Under the pieces are notes generated by a model. That model saw nothing but the letters and a program-made list of their open reading frames with translations, had not been told where the DNA came from and did not search any database. From the NCBI GenBank assembly GCA_977016875.1, contig CDRNST010000229.1, positions 372,001-436,000 of the forward strand: 64,000 nt of DNA. Reading direction: 5' to 3'. Within the stretch, counting starts at the first letter, position 1, and every line of letters starts with the position of its first letter. A program made the position numbers and the translations under genes. This DNA comes from Pavona decussata. Its lineage: Eukaryota. Shown one piece after another: positions 10,517 through 24,600 of the stretch.

Positions 10517-13140
10517 AACCATAACTACACTGCTCCTAGCTTCTACAGTTAAAACTCAATCGATAACGTTATGAGGTGGACAGGGGGGTGGGGGGTTTCG
10601 GATCAAGTTTCACGGAAACTAAAATTCATTTGATCTTAATATCATCTATTTAGATGATCATCTTCCATGGTATACAATTGAAGGGAAGTACAAGAATTTC
10701 TCAAAGGTATTTCCAAATTATCCAGTTAATGAAAGGAAGCTCTTTACTGAATGTTGTCATTAATCCAGAGATGATGTAAGGAAGTTCTGCATCTTTGAGC
10801 AGCCCCTCAAAGGAATAAAAAGAAACAATGACAACGATAGAAAAACAGCACTTCTCTGCAATTAGCGCATTATAAATGTTAATTATTAACCTGTTATTAG
10901 AAACTTATTGCTTAATCTTCAAAATCTTAAGTATTATTCAAAGCTTCCTAAGAACTAGTAAGTTATGTCGAATTGTATATTGTAAATATACAAATACTTT
11001 TTAATGTATTTGTCAGCCTGAATTGTAATGGCATGTAAACGAATTTACATGGTACGTGCGCAATATAAGTGAATTGTAAAATCATCATTTGTCCGTTTTA
11101 AGATCAACCCGAGTTTATATATATATATTTTTTATCAATTTAGACTGTTTAAATTGTTGATCAGGCAGTAATAATTGTAGTCACAAGTAGTGGTCGTGAA
11201 AAGGATGCAAACTTAAGAGTATGGTAATAATTTAGTACTGTCGTTCAATGTCGTAGTTAGTGTAGTCATGAGATAATTTCCATACATCAGGATGCTAATA
11301 AGTGATTGGTATAGTGTCAACACTTGTGCCAGAAATGACAATTTTGTTAACGTTCCGACAGTAGACAAAGTATGGTGATCCAACCTATCGAAAACAAATT
11401 TTCTGTTGTTGGCGCCTTCCTTCCTTCCTTTCTTCTCTCTGTCTTTCTCTCCCTCTTTCGTTTGTACAGCGGATTTCATGTATCAGGAATACTGGCAGCA
11501 TAAAAAAGACATTTTTTACCATGGATTGGTGACGCGATATCCTTTCATAGAGTTTTACTTTTTTCTAGCTTGATTATTTCATAAGACGTCGGTCGGCGCC
11601 CCCTTCCTCTCACTTGCCGGGCCAAACAGTGCGCAAGATTCTGGCCTTAGCCACTGCAGAATGAATCCTGAGAAAAAACAAACCTTAGCTCTGGCAAAGA
11701 AGCAACCAAAAGAAGTTGAGCAAACATACACACACACACAAACAAAAAACGTAATCAATCACTTGTCCATGAGGGCGAGGTTGGCAGATTGACAGTTCAG
11801 AGAGATCAATCCTCGCTAATAGACTCTGCTAATCGGCTTGGCCGGTTGGTTTTGTATTTCCACAATCGAGGAAGTTGATTGCTGACAGTATAGATTCCAC
11901 CGCAAAGGAACTCGCCAAGTGGATTACACATAGCTAGAATTCCCTCCCATTCATCGTCGCTTTCCCCACCCTCTTTTATTTCTGGATCAGTCTGTTGAAA
12001 CCAGTTCAGCCTGACAGTTGATAGATGGTGGGACGGTCTTGAGTTCCGTTATACTCTGAGCAAAGCGAAGCAGAAAGCTCGGGTCCAAGGATGGTAAAGG
12101 ATTCCTTATGAATATGAAGACACTGAAGGCCAACTCAAAATAACATTCTGAACGTAACAATATCCGCACATCTCCGGACTTCAACTCACCCTATCCCAGA
12201 TCCACGTATGGATGGGAGATGGGGGGGAGGGGAGGGGCTTGGTGTTGCGCGCGATGACAGGATTAACTATGATGACAATACATGGCAAACCGTTGATCGT
12301 ATTAGAGCAAATTATTTCCGTGCTCAAGTGGTTGAATACTTGCCCAAAAATACTTGACCCTATTGAACCTATTGCTTCGCCGATTATCCACAAAAAGAGA
12401 GAGCTGGGTAATGCACAAAACATTTGAAAACAGGGCTTCTCAATCAGAGAATTCAAAACTGCCATAGCGCACCATACGGCTAGAGCTAGATTCAAGGGGG
12501 AAAGCTCCTGGCCACGATAAGGGATTTAAATTACGATGCGTGTGTTCTAGCGGCTAGCTCTCTCCACGTGTTGACATTTGCACCATTCTTGAATGACAAC
12601 AGTTAGACCATGCAACACAATAACCCAGTTCTTTATTCTTCAAATACACCCAGTGTTGATGATGTTGAAATTGAACGGAAACGAAAAACAGACAAAAAAT
12701 ACTGCGCCGATGAACTTGCATAAAAATGCTGTTTCTCACAAGCCTTATTTTCTATGGGTACATCGCTTAACTTGCTTGCTATCTTTGAAGAGAGAATGTT
12801 GATGGAACACGACTATCGTAATATAAACGAGCATGAAAAAAGTGATGACGAGTATAGTGATCTACGGAACGTTATAGATCGTGCCACATGCGCTACGATG
12901 ACATTTAGAGCCGCCTAGGGGTCCAAAAACACAAGCATACTCAATTGGAACAGCGTAAGTAGTCCCATTCAACACTGCTAGCTATAGCCATGTAAATCAA
13001 CGCTTGGAAGAACAAGAAGAAAGGCCTCCCTGTGAGGAAACTTTACAAGCTAAAAGCTTTCTCCCGAGATAAAAAAAAAAAATCGGGCAAAAAACCAACA
13101 AGGCGCAAAACACAAACTGACTTGTAAGGGGCCTTTGCAT

Positions 13141-13956
13141 ATGGCTTTGGACGTTCAAGGTACGGATGTGGTGCGCAGGAAACTAGCTTCCTTTAAAAGC
13201 AAAATTCAGGCAGCAGAAAAGCGCGCTGAAAAAGCCAAACAAAGTCTGCGAGTTGTGGAGGAAAGATATAATCGCACGATGGGAATAAAAACAAAGATGG
13301 AACAGCTGATAAGTACGCGCGACTCACAACTGGATCGAACACAGGCCAGGATGACGAGAGTACAACACAAATGGAACGCTTTGATTCGATTCTGTGAAGA
13401 AATATTTCGACTTACACCGGGAGAAGATCACGGTGTACTGGCGTCTGAAGCAATGAATCCTAAACTTGCCAAAGTTAACAGGCAAACAGAATACGCCGAG
13501 AAAAGATATCAAGCGAGTGTTGACAGGGAACGTATGTTACTTGATCAAACGGAGCAGGCGCGCGCTCGATACATCCGATCGGAAGCAAGTGCACGAGTAT
13601 TACAGGAACAATTAGGGGCTATAAAGGAACGTGTACACATTTTAGAGCAAAGGAAAAACGAGAGAGCTGCTAAGAAGCGTGAATCAGAAGCCTTGCAGAA
13701 TAAAGTGAATCATGCGCTGCAACGAGCGCACGAACTTGAAAACATGGAAGCGGAACTTGAAGGTAGAATTATCGAGTTGGAAAATAAAATTGAGATGTTT
13801 GTACAGAAAAAGAAACGTACATCTTCCATACTAGCTGACAGAGACAATCACAATTCTATTGACTCTTTGACAATTGCTCTGTGGCTCCGAAGATCCAACT
13901 TAAATGCCAGTCACCCCTCAATTCCCATTTCAATTAGTGGAACTAAGGATGCTTAA
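13141..13956 (+). CDS. Tropomyosin-like coiled-coil protein (271 aa from ATG 13141), single exon
   Basis: Uninterrupted E/K/R/A/Q-rich heptad pattern over about 220 aa. The N-terminus DVVRRKLASFKSKIQAAEKRAEKA resembles tropomyosin N-termini. Short non-helical C-terminal tail. Confidence 0.65.
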   Translation: MALDVQGTDVVRRKLASFKSKIQAAEKRAEKAKQSLRVVEERYNRTMGIKTKMEQLISTRDSQLDRTQARMTRVQHKWNALIRFCEEIFRLTPGEDHGVLASEAMNPKLAKVNRQTEYAEKRYQASVDRERMLLDQTEQARARYIRSEASARVLQEQLGAIKERVHILEQRKNERAAKKRESEALQNKVNHALQRAHELENMEAELEGRIIELENKIEMFVQKKKRTSSILADRDNHNSIDSLTIALWLRRSNLNASHPSIPISISGTKDA

Positions 13957-15671
13957 AATTAATCATTTAATAGTCTTTTTAATCTCGAAACTATGCAAGC
14001 TTATCTGCATAAAGAGGATTAACGCCAAGGACACATTACACAAAAAGAATTACCAGATGTGTTTTTATTCAGTTGATTTACAACGAGCCGAAAGACAAGG
14101 GTAGGGGGCAAAAACATTAATATCTTGTCGAAATGTTTTCCCGGAGTGTTGATACACATTTTGTATAAATCAATGTAAATTCATTATTATTATTATTAAT
14201 TTTTACTTAGTGCTCATTTGCGAAAGGACTGAAATAAAAGACGACGAACGCCAAATTGTCCAGGGGTGATTTTTTTTGTGCATCGTTGCCAGCCATTCTG
14301 AGACCTCGGAACTTTTGAAATTCTTGCAAGAAAAGAAAGTTAATACATGAATGGTCCGAAACGCAGAACCTCCTCGAAAAAAAAGTACCAACAATGATGA
14401 CAAGATGATAACTATAATATAGCTTACACAGAGATGAGTTTTAAGAAAGGGAGCCGTCAAACTTTACAAGTCAAAGGTTAAAACTTTCATTATCTCACAC
14501 AAAAGCTACTTAGTAGTTGTTTTCTTTGTACAAGGTAGTTCCAATTCTCGAATCTGGGGATGAAATCAAACGAGTGACCATTCAAACGAAAGCCGTAGGC
14601 CAATAACGCCCCGAGATGATGTTTTAATCTTCCTTTTTTCCAAGTTGACACTTTTAAAAAGGTCTTTCTTGTTTGCGCTTAGTCACTGACCCTGTTAATT
14701 GGTGAATGCCCCTGATCACATTTAAAATCTCTATACAGATCTATATCAATTTCACTTGGAAAATCTTAATTATTTGATTGTTTTTCTGATCTTGAAAACT
14801 CATTTAATACGATCAAGCCCCAGTGGAGGTATAATAAAAATGCTACATCAACCCCAAATGCTTCTATTGTTTACCGCTGCAGTCAAACAACAAAGAACAA
14901 CACAATATATGTTAAAAACTCAACTTTTTTTATGCAGAACAAATTGCTCCACAAATGATTTGTTTCCCTGTGTTGTTAAATTGTTCGAAGTCTGAGAAAT
15001 TTTTTCGTCCCTTTTTACTGGATGCACAAAACAAAGGTCCAACGGAGGGATAAAAAACTTTGTGAAGACGACAATGTATGTAGATTGGAACATCTTATAG
15101 CGATTTTACAAGAATTGCTCGTACCTTAACCGATACACAGGGCGTGCCACGCATGAGCAGTTGAAAGACCTCAAGGATCGTGATACCACTCACACAAAGG
15201 TTCGACTGGTGCCGGGGAGGCTACCAACTATGATGTGGTTACAGGATATACCATGCCAACTTTCATACCGGTACGAGTTCATCCAGTTTCTTTCTAGTGC
15301 CTCTGCATCCGTTTACACTGATGATGACAGGTAGAAGTGCCGTCCTATCTGTGAGCGTGATCGAAACTCCCATTCCGGTAGGAAAAGTCAAACAGATGTT
15401 AGGATCTTAGGCTCAACTCTTTCGTTGCAGAATAAAAAAGGTTCTTCACTTTAGTTTCGCTGACAGTGTGAAGTTGAGGCTTAACCGACCGTTACAAGTC
15501 CTGCTAGTCGTCAGAGGGAGGAACCCGGCGCGTCCTAGAAAGTTTCAGTTTATAAAACTTGGTAGATCATAGAACCGCGCACAATCAGATGGCCGACACG
15601 CACAAGGTCACGTGGCCACAAGAATCACGTGACATGCCTCGACAGCTTATTTAGCTGTGGTCAGTCGGTGA

Positions 15672-18600
15672 TCAGGTGGACTGGCTAAAGTAATTATCCC
15701 TGAAGTTATCACAAGACTCAAGGAACTTTGGTTCCACAACGGACAAGTTCGGGTCTCCTATCTGTAATAGAACGAAGGCAGAGAAAATTAACTGTCATTT
15801 AAAAACAAAAACGCTGGGGAGCAATGCTAAGAACATGAAAGGCAAGGCTCAAAAAGCAATCCAAAGTAGGTCCTCTTCGAACAAACTTGTTATGATCAGT
15901 TCCCTAACGTAACGTTTACAATTCTTATATAAGTGCTTCTTATATAAGGCATATACGTATGATTTCAGCGTCAATAAAATTCCTTCTCACTTCAAAACTC
16001 ACGGAGGTGCCATTGAGCTACAATCCACTTGACTCGTTACTTTCAACTCACCTCGTGTTCTTTGATCTTTTCCATGGTGATCAACCGGCGGGACACGTGT
16101 CTTGACAAACACTGTTCACTGTTGGCCACAAGTTTCAGGCAGGGATGACTTGGAATAAGCCCTTCCGAGTAACTGGGGAGATTCATTTTATAACCTACTT
16201 CAGAATGTACTGAATTGTTATTTTGTACATGAACATTTAAGATATCTAAACAAATACCGCCCCAAATAATAACAAAATATACAAAGAATATTGGTTGAAA
16301 ACACGCGTTCAGTAACAAACAAGAACACACGACAAGAAGAATTGTTGAATATTGTACAGCGATTCAGAAGGGAAAAGACTGGAAACAAAGTAGAAGGACA
16401 TTTGTGAAGGCTAAAAAATCGATCGTTACGCTTTATGTGAGAACGGGGGAGGACTTGAAAATTTGGGATTGCGGTTTACAAATTCCGACAGCTTGTGATC
16501 TGTGCCCGGGTATGAATTATACACCTTTCACTACCACTTGACCGCCACGCAGGCTTCCAAGCTGCAAGCTTCTAAACCTTATTATAAAACGTTCACCACA
16601 TGACCTCGTGTACGTAACACAAGAGAAATGACGATAGTTCACAGTTTATTGCTGTGAAACTGTTTACTTAACGAGATTGGAAGAATTACTTTTTTTTCTC
16701 CGAGGGATCATTTATTCGAAACGTTGGCAAATTGACTTCATTCCAGATTACTTTGTTTCAGGCAAGTTTGCTTGCCTTTATATTTACTACAAGTTATTAT
16801 CCAAAATTACCTCGGTCGATAAATTGGAAGCCAGTAAACTAGTCTTCCATGAAGCACCAGATACCGAGCAGAAAGGTCCAATAAGGTGGTGAGAATCTCC
16901 GACAGTCGACAGCCTCGTACAGCTAAAGAAACTGGCGTCTGATCTCTGGAAGATAAGTAAAACAATTTATAAGTTTGTGAATCAAACCTTTAACAACAAC
17001 GCACACTTGAGTAACAAGGTTCAGCCAAAACTCGAAAATTTCCTTTTGACTGAAATAAACTGTGTCATCGTAAAGTAGCTTTCACATGCATGCTCACAAT
17101 ACAGGATTTCATCCACAGACTCAAAACTTTGAACCACATTGTGCAGCATAATAAACAGCACGACAAGAACGTACTGCTCAGTAGCTTTCATTTGAATCGA
17201 TCACATTTGAGAATTTCATCCACAGACTGAAAAGTTAGAACCACCTTGTACAGCATAATAAACAGCAAAGAAAAGATGGCTACACTTAAAAAAAAGTGCT
17301 TATAAATTCGAAGTATGCCAAAGAAATTTTATTGTCATGGTTATGTTAGCATTAACATCCTAACTGAGTTTGCGGCATGTTGAATTCTGTTGTTTCCGCT
17401 AACGCTAGTTATTTATCTGTTATTCGAAAGCGCCTCACCTGAAATGAATAAGCATCACTGCATAAGAAAGCCTAAAAATTTAACGAGAGCCACGGGGCTT
17501 TTTGAGTAAAGACAGCATCTGTTTAAGGACACTATTAACAAATCTTATTCTCTCTGATCCTTTGTCGTCATTTGTACACTTACTGGCTGTCTGGCTCTTC
17601 TTGAAAATCAACAGCTGTTTCCAATTTGCGTGCTCCTTCCCGAATTCCATAAGGGGCTAAATAAAAGAATCAAAATAATAAATGTTACGTCCTCATATTT
17701 AAGTAAGCATGCTTTTCTCCTGGTCAAACTAAATTACAGAATAAAATAACTAATATTACGTCTTCATATCAGTAAGCATGCTTTTGCTCTGGCCAAACTA
17801 TCTTATTTCCAACAGATTATGTACAACAAGTCCAACAACTGAACTTATACATGAATATAGTTTTATACAAGGTACTGCTACTTACAATATACCTAAATGT
17901 CCGTTTATTCTTACATGTAAGCAGATCTGAACTATTCAGTGACTATTGGCAATATCGTAAGTTTGACTTCTCAATACAGAATATACATGCACCGGTAAAC
18001 TTTATTTAAGACGGAGCCACTGAAGGGAATAATTTAAACGCTGTTACTCACGGTCTGTTACTATGGCATCGAATAATGGAGCCTCCCTTAATCCCAGTCT
18101 TCCAGCATCCGCAACCAGCACGTCCACAAAATAACTGCCGAGACCATACTGAGCAAAGTTGGCTTTAAAATTCTCATCTCGAGCTTAAACAAAAAACCGC
18201 TTGTTTTACAACATGTATATGGTATGAAGAATACATTATAGACAAGAAATATAATGACAAGATTATCACCTCTCCATTTTCCTTGCCTGTTTGCCCTGGA
18301 GCTTCTACCTTAAACCAAACAATGCATTACTGGCAGTAAAACTAGTTTATAGATAATGCAAAAATGAAAACTGGTGAAATTGAAAACTAGAAACGTAAAG
18401 TGAACCTAGCCACAAGTGAGGAAGAGCAGTGAGTTCCCTCAAGCTGCTAAATAAATTTCACTGTACATATTTGTAAGAATCAAGGCCAAGGCCCAGTAAT
18501 TGGTTAGCATTGGAAACATTAATAACAAGTTTATAGCTGCGATGTTATGTACGTTATTATGCAATGGCACATCATTGAAAAAATTATTTTGAATGAAATT

Positions 18601-21600
18601 TTCAATACCTCTGCCATGAAGTAATGTGCCATCAATGTCACTTCCAATCACATGTGATCCAAAATGAGAGCAGGACACAAGAACACTTCCTAACAAAAAA
18701 TTATTATTAATACCATTTATTATTTTAAAATTGTTAAAAGACTACAAGACTCCATCCTACATGTAATCAAATTCTTTACTTTAATTTTTCATTGACTTTG
18801 ACTTGCCTACTGTTAAGCCAACCTGTCAACTCTACCCTGTTGACTGCATGTACATGTATATTACTTATAACTGCAGAAAAAAGTCTCTCGTAACTGAATT
18901 GCTGAATCCAAGGGTAATAAATTACTTTTAAAAGCTATCATTTACAAATGGAGGGAAGTTTTCTATGGGCTATACTCTTATAAACCATAAAATGATGTCA
19001 TAAAATGTTTAAAACTTAAGTGGAACCACAAGCCACAGGCAAGTGGTTTCACTGCCATATTTTAAACATAATTTGATGGAGTCATCTTGATCTATTAGAG
19101 TATACACCATACACTAGAAAACTACCAGTGATTTGACTTTTTACAATAACAAGGAAAAATTATGAGCAGAATTATTTGTCATTAAGAAAGCATTCATGTT
19201 ACATTTGACACCATTTTTATTGTTTAACCCTGAGCCTGAGGTACATGTACATTGTACACTTTAGAAGAAGAGAACAACAAAGACAAAACAAAAAGCAAAC
19301 AACAACAACAACAACAACCTTACCAGTACCAACAAAAGGGTCAAAGACAAAGCTTCCTGAGGAAACCTTCAAGATAAAAATAGTGAAACATGATGGACAT
19401 TTATCACAATGGCTGACTGCAGGATGATTGTATTTCCATCTTTTGAATTACAAGCTTTTTAAAACACCACACCTGCCCCTGATTGGCCATTAAAAAGGAA
19501 AGCTGAGGATCCATGGAAGTATTTCCAATAAAAAGTCTTGTCTTTAGTGAGTACTGTTTTAGCAAGTGCCGCTGGCCATGTCCAATCTGGAAAGAAATGA
19601 AAAATGTCATGAAAAGAAATCAAAAGAAGAATTGAAAATGAAAAACTGAAAAAGGTTGTGTTTTACTGAGTCAGATATTCCAATAAACTAAATAAATCCA
19701 ATTGTTAACCAAGAAACTGCTGGTCAGAGGTTTTAAAACACATCACTAGGAATAGATATTACAACACATTTTCTGGTCCCAATACACTAGTAAGGAGTCT
19801 TTGAGTACATGACAACAAATTTACATAGTTAAGCTTTAGGTTTTATAGAACAGGACATGATGCACTCCACTTATGGCTTGCTAGAACCTTAAAGATGTTA
19901 ATGCAGGCCAGTATGCAGCAGGCTGCAGTAGTATAACCCACACAATATCTTTTTGGTGCAAATGAAATGCAGCTGCTGTTTTGTCCTAATCAAAACTTAT
20001 CAGCCATGCATGGCCAGTACACTGCTGTGGCAAATCCAGACAAGCCAGCTTAGAAGAGAGAGCTGCAATGGCCTTAAACCACACATGCTTGGGCTTAACA
20101 TTATCCTCGTCAGCCCCAGTCATAGCGACCAGTATGTAACTTGCCCTTGCAAAAATATTATTATTAATAATTGTTTTTATTTCATTTAGTAGATAAACAG
20201 GTCATGAAAAACATACTTAGGTGTTAGGAAACAATGACAAAAGATAAAATTATGTCTTGATGTTCATGACAAAATCCCTCGACTGATACAAGTGGAAATA
20301 TTCAAAGAGCAGTCAGGAGAATATGAATGTTGATAGCTGGCCGCAGCTCAAAAGATTATCTATAAGGATGCCATAATTTATTGTTAGTACATTGAGACCC
20401 TGATGAATAATGTCTTAGTATTTCTTACCAAGCATCCAAAAAACATCCGTTCAGGGTGGGGTGGGGCTGTATTTGAGTCATCTCCATAATCCACCAGCAA
20501 AGAAATACATGATCAGGATCTGACAGCTTTACATGGCCTTGAAAAGGAAGGAATTCAAATTGCTGTGGATAACATGAAAGTGTGTTAATTACCTCTGGTT
20601 ATAATGTAAAGAAATACAGCATAATCAGTTGTCTTTTTAAAAAATTTGAGTTACACTCAGACTGAACAATTAATTTATTAGCAATTCCGAGCAAGGAGAA
20701 ATCCAGATCATCAGTCTACAGAGTACATAACAGTACACGACTGTACTGCACCAGGTACTGTGCTAGCAATTACATCAACAATAAAAGACCTCCAGCTAAA
20801 GTGCATAGCCTAGTGCACATTGAATCTATTCAGTGATTGATAAGCAATTGAAGTGGTAGGTGCATATAACTTCTTCCTTCTTCTCTTCCTTCCTAAATGA
20901 TCCAATTAATTTTTGATTGTGAAGCACTTTTGAAAATAATTAGTGCATAGAAATTTATTTTATTATTTTTATTAAGTCAACTATTAGGTTTTCAGTCTTG
21001 CTCAGATTTACCTCAGTTAGGTTTTTGTATGACAGGCCTAGACTGTATGATATTTTTTATACATGATGTACAGTCCTGCAAAGATTTTTCACTTTCCAAA
21101 ATACTTACATCAATAAGTTCTCTCTGCTGACTGACTGTCAGTTTTTTATTGAAAGATTCAATGCTAATTTTGAATGTTGAATCACTTGAGGAGTAGGGCT
21201 TCTGCAGGTTAGAATGAAAAACAAAAATAGTGTACATGTATTTTTCTAATCACATTAATATGACAGTAATATTATTTTGTGTTTTTGCTTAAACCTTTAT
21301 TCATTATTCTTAGTGAACAGAACACCTAAAAATGCACAAAAATAAAAGCACACAGAAAAGTTCTAACTTCAAACCTAGCGTACGTTAAAACACCTAGAAT
21401 GTACTGTTACCTTGAAACTCTTATGGAAAATCTTTCAGATTGTTTTGGGTTACACCTCTTAAAAAAAAAATTTGGCTAAGATAAACATGTCAGACATTAG
21501 TAAGCTGTTCTCACACAATTCTCAGGATCAGCGATCAATCTACAAGTAACATTTAAAATTATTAAATTAATGATTAACGAGGCCAGTACTGACCCACGTG

Positions 21601-24600
21601 CAGAATCAATCAAGCCAGGCTACAGGAATACAGTCTATTCAATGGGTAATTCATAGACTTTAAAGAAGATTAAAAATCTCAGGAAAAGAAATGGGCTGTC
21701 AGCTGTTGTTTACAGCCTGTACTGGAACATCAGTGCTACATGTACATGCAGTAAAGTATTGAAGAAATATATACAAGATATTTTATAATTTTCTAAACAA
21801 GCAAGTGGATTAAAATCATACCATTTTATGAGCTGGATATTGAAGAATGCTCTGTTTCAAATCTGTTAAGTTATTTGCATATCCCCACACCTCATAGATT
21901 GACCTACAAGTACATATCAAAAGTAATTTATGTTAAACATAGTGTACAAACATTTTATGATTTTAAAAATAGTAACTGTATTTACAGAGTTCAATTTTTT
22001 GTTTCTACCCACAAACTTGTAACAGAAAACAAATTTATTTAAAACAGCTATAAACTTTTACTTCAATAAATTTATTTTTAATTAGTTCTTGAAACTCACT
22101 TTATTGAGACAGCTCTGGAAAGCAACTTCTTCGCACACTCTTCATTTGGTAGGTCTATCAATAAGTGAGGATTCTGTGTAAATGCAATTGATAAGAACAT
22201 GCAGATACAAATTACTGAGAAAGATACATTCACCAGTCAGTGATACACTGTATACAGAAATACTTGAAAATCAGGGTTCTCCCAAAAGGAGCCAAACCCA
22301 TGACCTTCTAATTATTGGTAGTACAGAAGCTCTACTACTGAACTATACATATACATGTAAGACTCACATGGGAGCAAGGCTTTTACACTGGAGGTTCATG
22401 TAATGCACCGATCAACTCGAAAATTGAAACCCCCCCCCCCCCCCACGGGCAAACCCCAGGCATTTGAACTTTTGAGGATAATTTGGATCGTTCGAATTCC
22501 TGCCCCCTAAGGCCAAAATGGTGTTCAAATGCCCTTAGCTACCTTATCGTCGGATTTGTCTGTCAAATGCCCCTCCCAAAGAACAATCATAGTCGGCTCC
22601 TGTCATGTTTAATAAAGCTTGTGTATAAAAATACCAACATATGTTTCATGACCCTTTATATTATGGTGCCAGACTTGAGTTACTACAAAAGCACAAAGTT
22701 CTTTAATATTGAAACTATTAAAAAATGTTTTGAAATTGAATTAAGTCAGACAATGTCAATCAGCAAGTGTAAGATGCTCTAACTCTGAAACACTGCAAAG
22801 GTTGTTTAACGAGGGTACTGCATACATATCAACAACAGAGCCTAGAGCATCTATGGCTGCATGTATTTTAAATTGTTCAGTGTCAGTTTTTTTTCTTTTT
22901 TTTATTTCATTATTATTATTTTTTTATTAGGGATAACAGTCTCAAAAAACACAATACTTACAATACAATATGAACACCACTTACACTTATTACAATGCTT
23001 ATTTACATTACTCTACTTACGGTCACTAATAATAATTGCACTACTTACAGTATCCAGCTCTACTAACAACATAAACGGCTAATTATACTAATTGACACAA
23101 AAAGAACTATTTTCTTTTTAGCATTGCACAACGAACACACACCGACAATGGCGACGCCCAAATAATACTCTAACAAAAATTAAGCTACTAATAAACTAAT
23201 AAAAAAAGATAGATATAAGATCTAAATTTATGCATTGGTCTTCCATTCTTTTCCAAAAAAAAAAAAAAATAATAAAGGCAAACAAAAGCTATATGAGAAG
23301 CTCCCATCTAATTTGAAAATCACAAAGGGTTCTGTTTCTTAATAGCAATTATTTTTTCAACTTGTTTTTTAACTTCAACCTTGTGCAAAAACAAAATATT
23401 TCAGCAGACCCCCTGTGAGGAGGTCCAAAAAATTCTTGATGAATGCAAAGCGGATTTGGAAAAATTTTTATGAGGAAAGGGTTAATGGATTGATTTTACG
23501 TGCCAGAGCGAGGTGGCATGAATACAGAGAAAAGAGTACTAAATACTTTTTGAGTTTAGAAAAGAGAAATTACACCAGGAAGCACATAAGAAAGCTCTGT
23601 TTAAGTGGAGTCATCACCAAAAATTATCAAAAAATATTGGAGTCCTCTTGGAAGTATTACAAGAATCTATACAGTAGCAAATTGAAGATAGACCAATCTG
23701 ACTCATTAGACCACTTTCTTGGAAATTCGAATATTCCACGACTATCAGAACAGGAAAGTTTAAGGTGGGGGTTCACCTGAAAGCCGTTTTCACGCCGCTT
23801 AAAATCGGTCAAATGGAAATATCTTGTTTGCATTTCAAACAATACAAAAACCCTCCATTCATAACACAAATCAATGATTTGGGGTGTTTTATGAATTTTT
23901 GGGTGTTTTTTAGGTATATTTGGAAGGAAATAATTTTTCTTGAAGGATTGGTAAAATTAAAAGAAATACGAAATGTTGAAGATTTAGTGAAGTTTTAAAA
24001 TTAGAATAATAAATAGACGGATACCAAGTTAGTCCACTAGCAACCTGGGGTGCTCTTGCGTGGTTATCGACTGTCTGTTAGTGTTCCAAAAATCCTTTTC
24101 TTTCTTCTATCCATTCTTTAAACCTCTTCAAATTTCACTCAAATTCAGGTAGAGCCCCACCTTAAGCTGCGCGGTGTATGACATTTGCAGACTGCAGACT
24201 GCAGACTGCAGACCGCAGACTGCAGACTGTAAATTGTTTTCATCAGTTGTAATTTGCGCACAGGGCACCTAGACTCACAACAGCCTCCTAAGCTAAATTA
24301 CGTATATGATTAATTTGAGGACCAGAGTTTATCGATAAAACATCAAAACTTGCTAAAAATGACGTTTTTTTTACATGTCTTTCTGAGGTATGTATGTTAA
24401 TATTAATGGCAGTGTACGTGAATTTTCAACGTTTTATGAATCTTACGACTAATTCCCATGGAAATCCCCATTTCGAGGAGGCTTTTGTGACTGTGGGTAC
24501 CCTGTGGCACCCTTATTCCCAGGCTTTAAGAAAGTAAAAGAAAACATGGCGATGGTATGGCTCGTTTCTCTTTTTCTCATCGGGAACCCGAGCAATTGTT

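Noticed and set aside
11987-12802. Cluster of short ORFs upstream of the tropomyosin-like gene
   Set aside because: No recognisable motifs and no consistent splice model.
22270-22355. tRNA gene on the minus strand
   Set aside because: Only degenerate A/B-box-like sequence with no cloverleaf; probably a tRNA-derived SINE relic.
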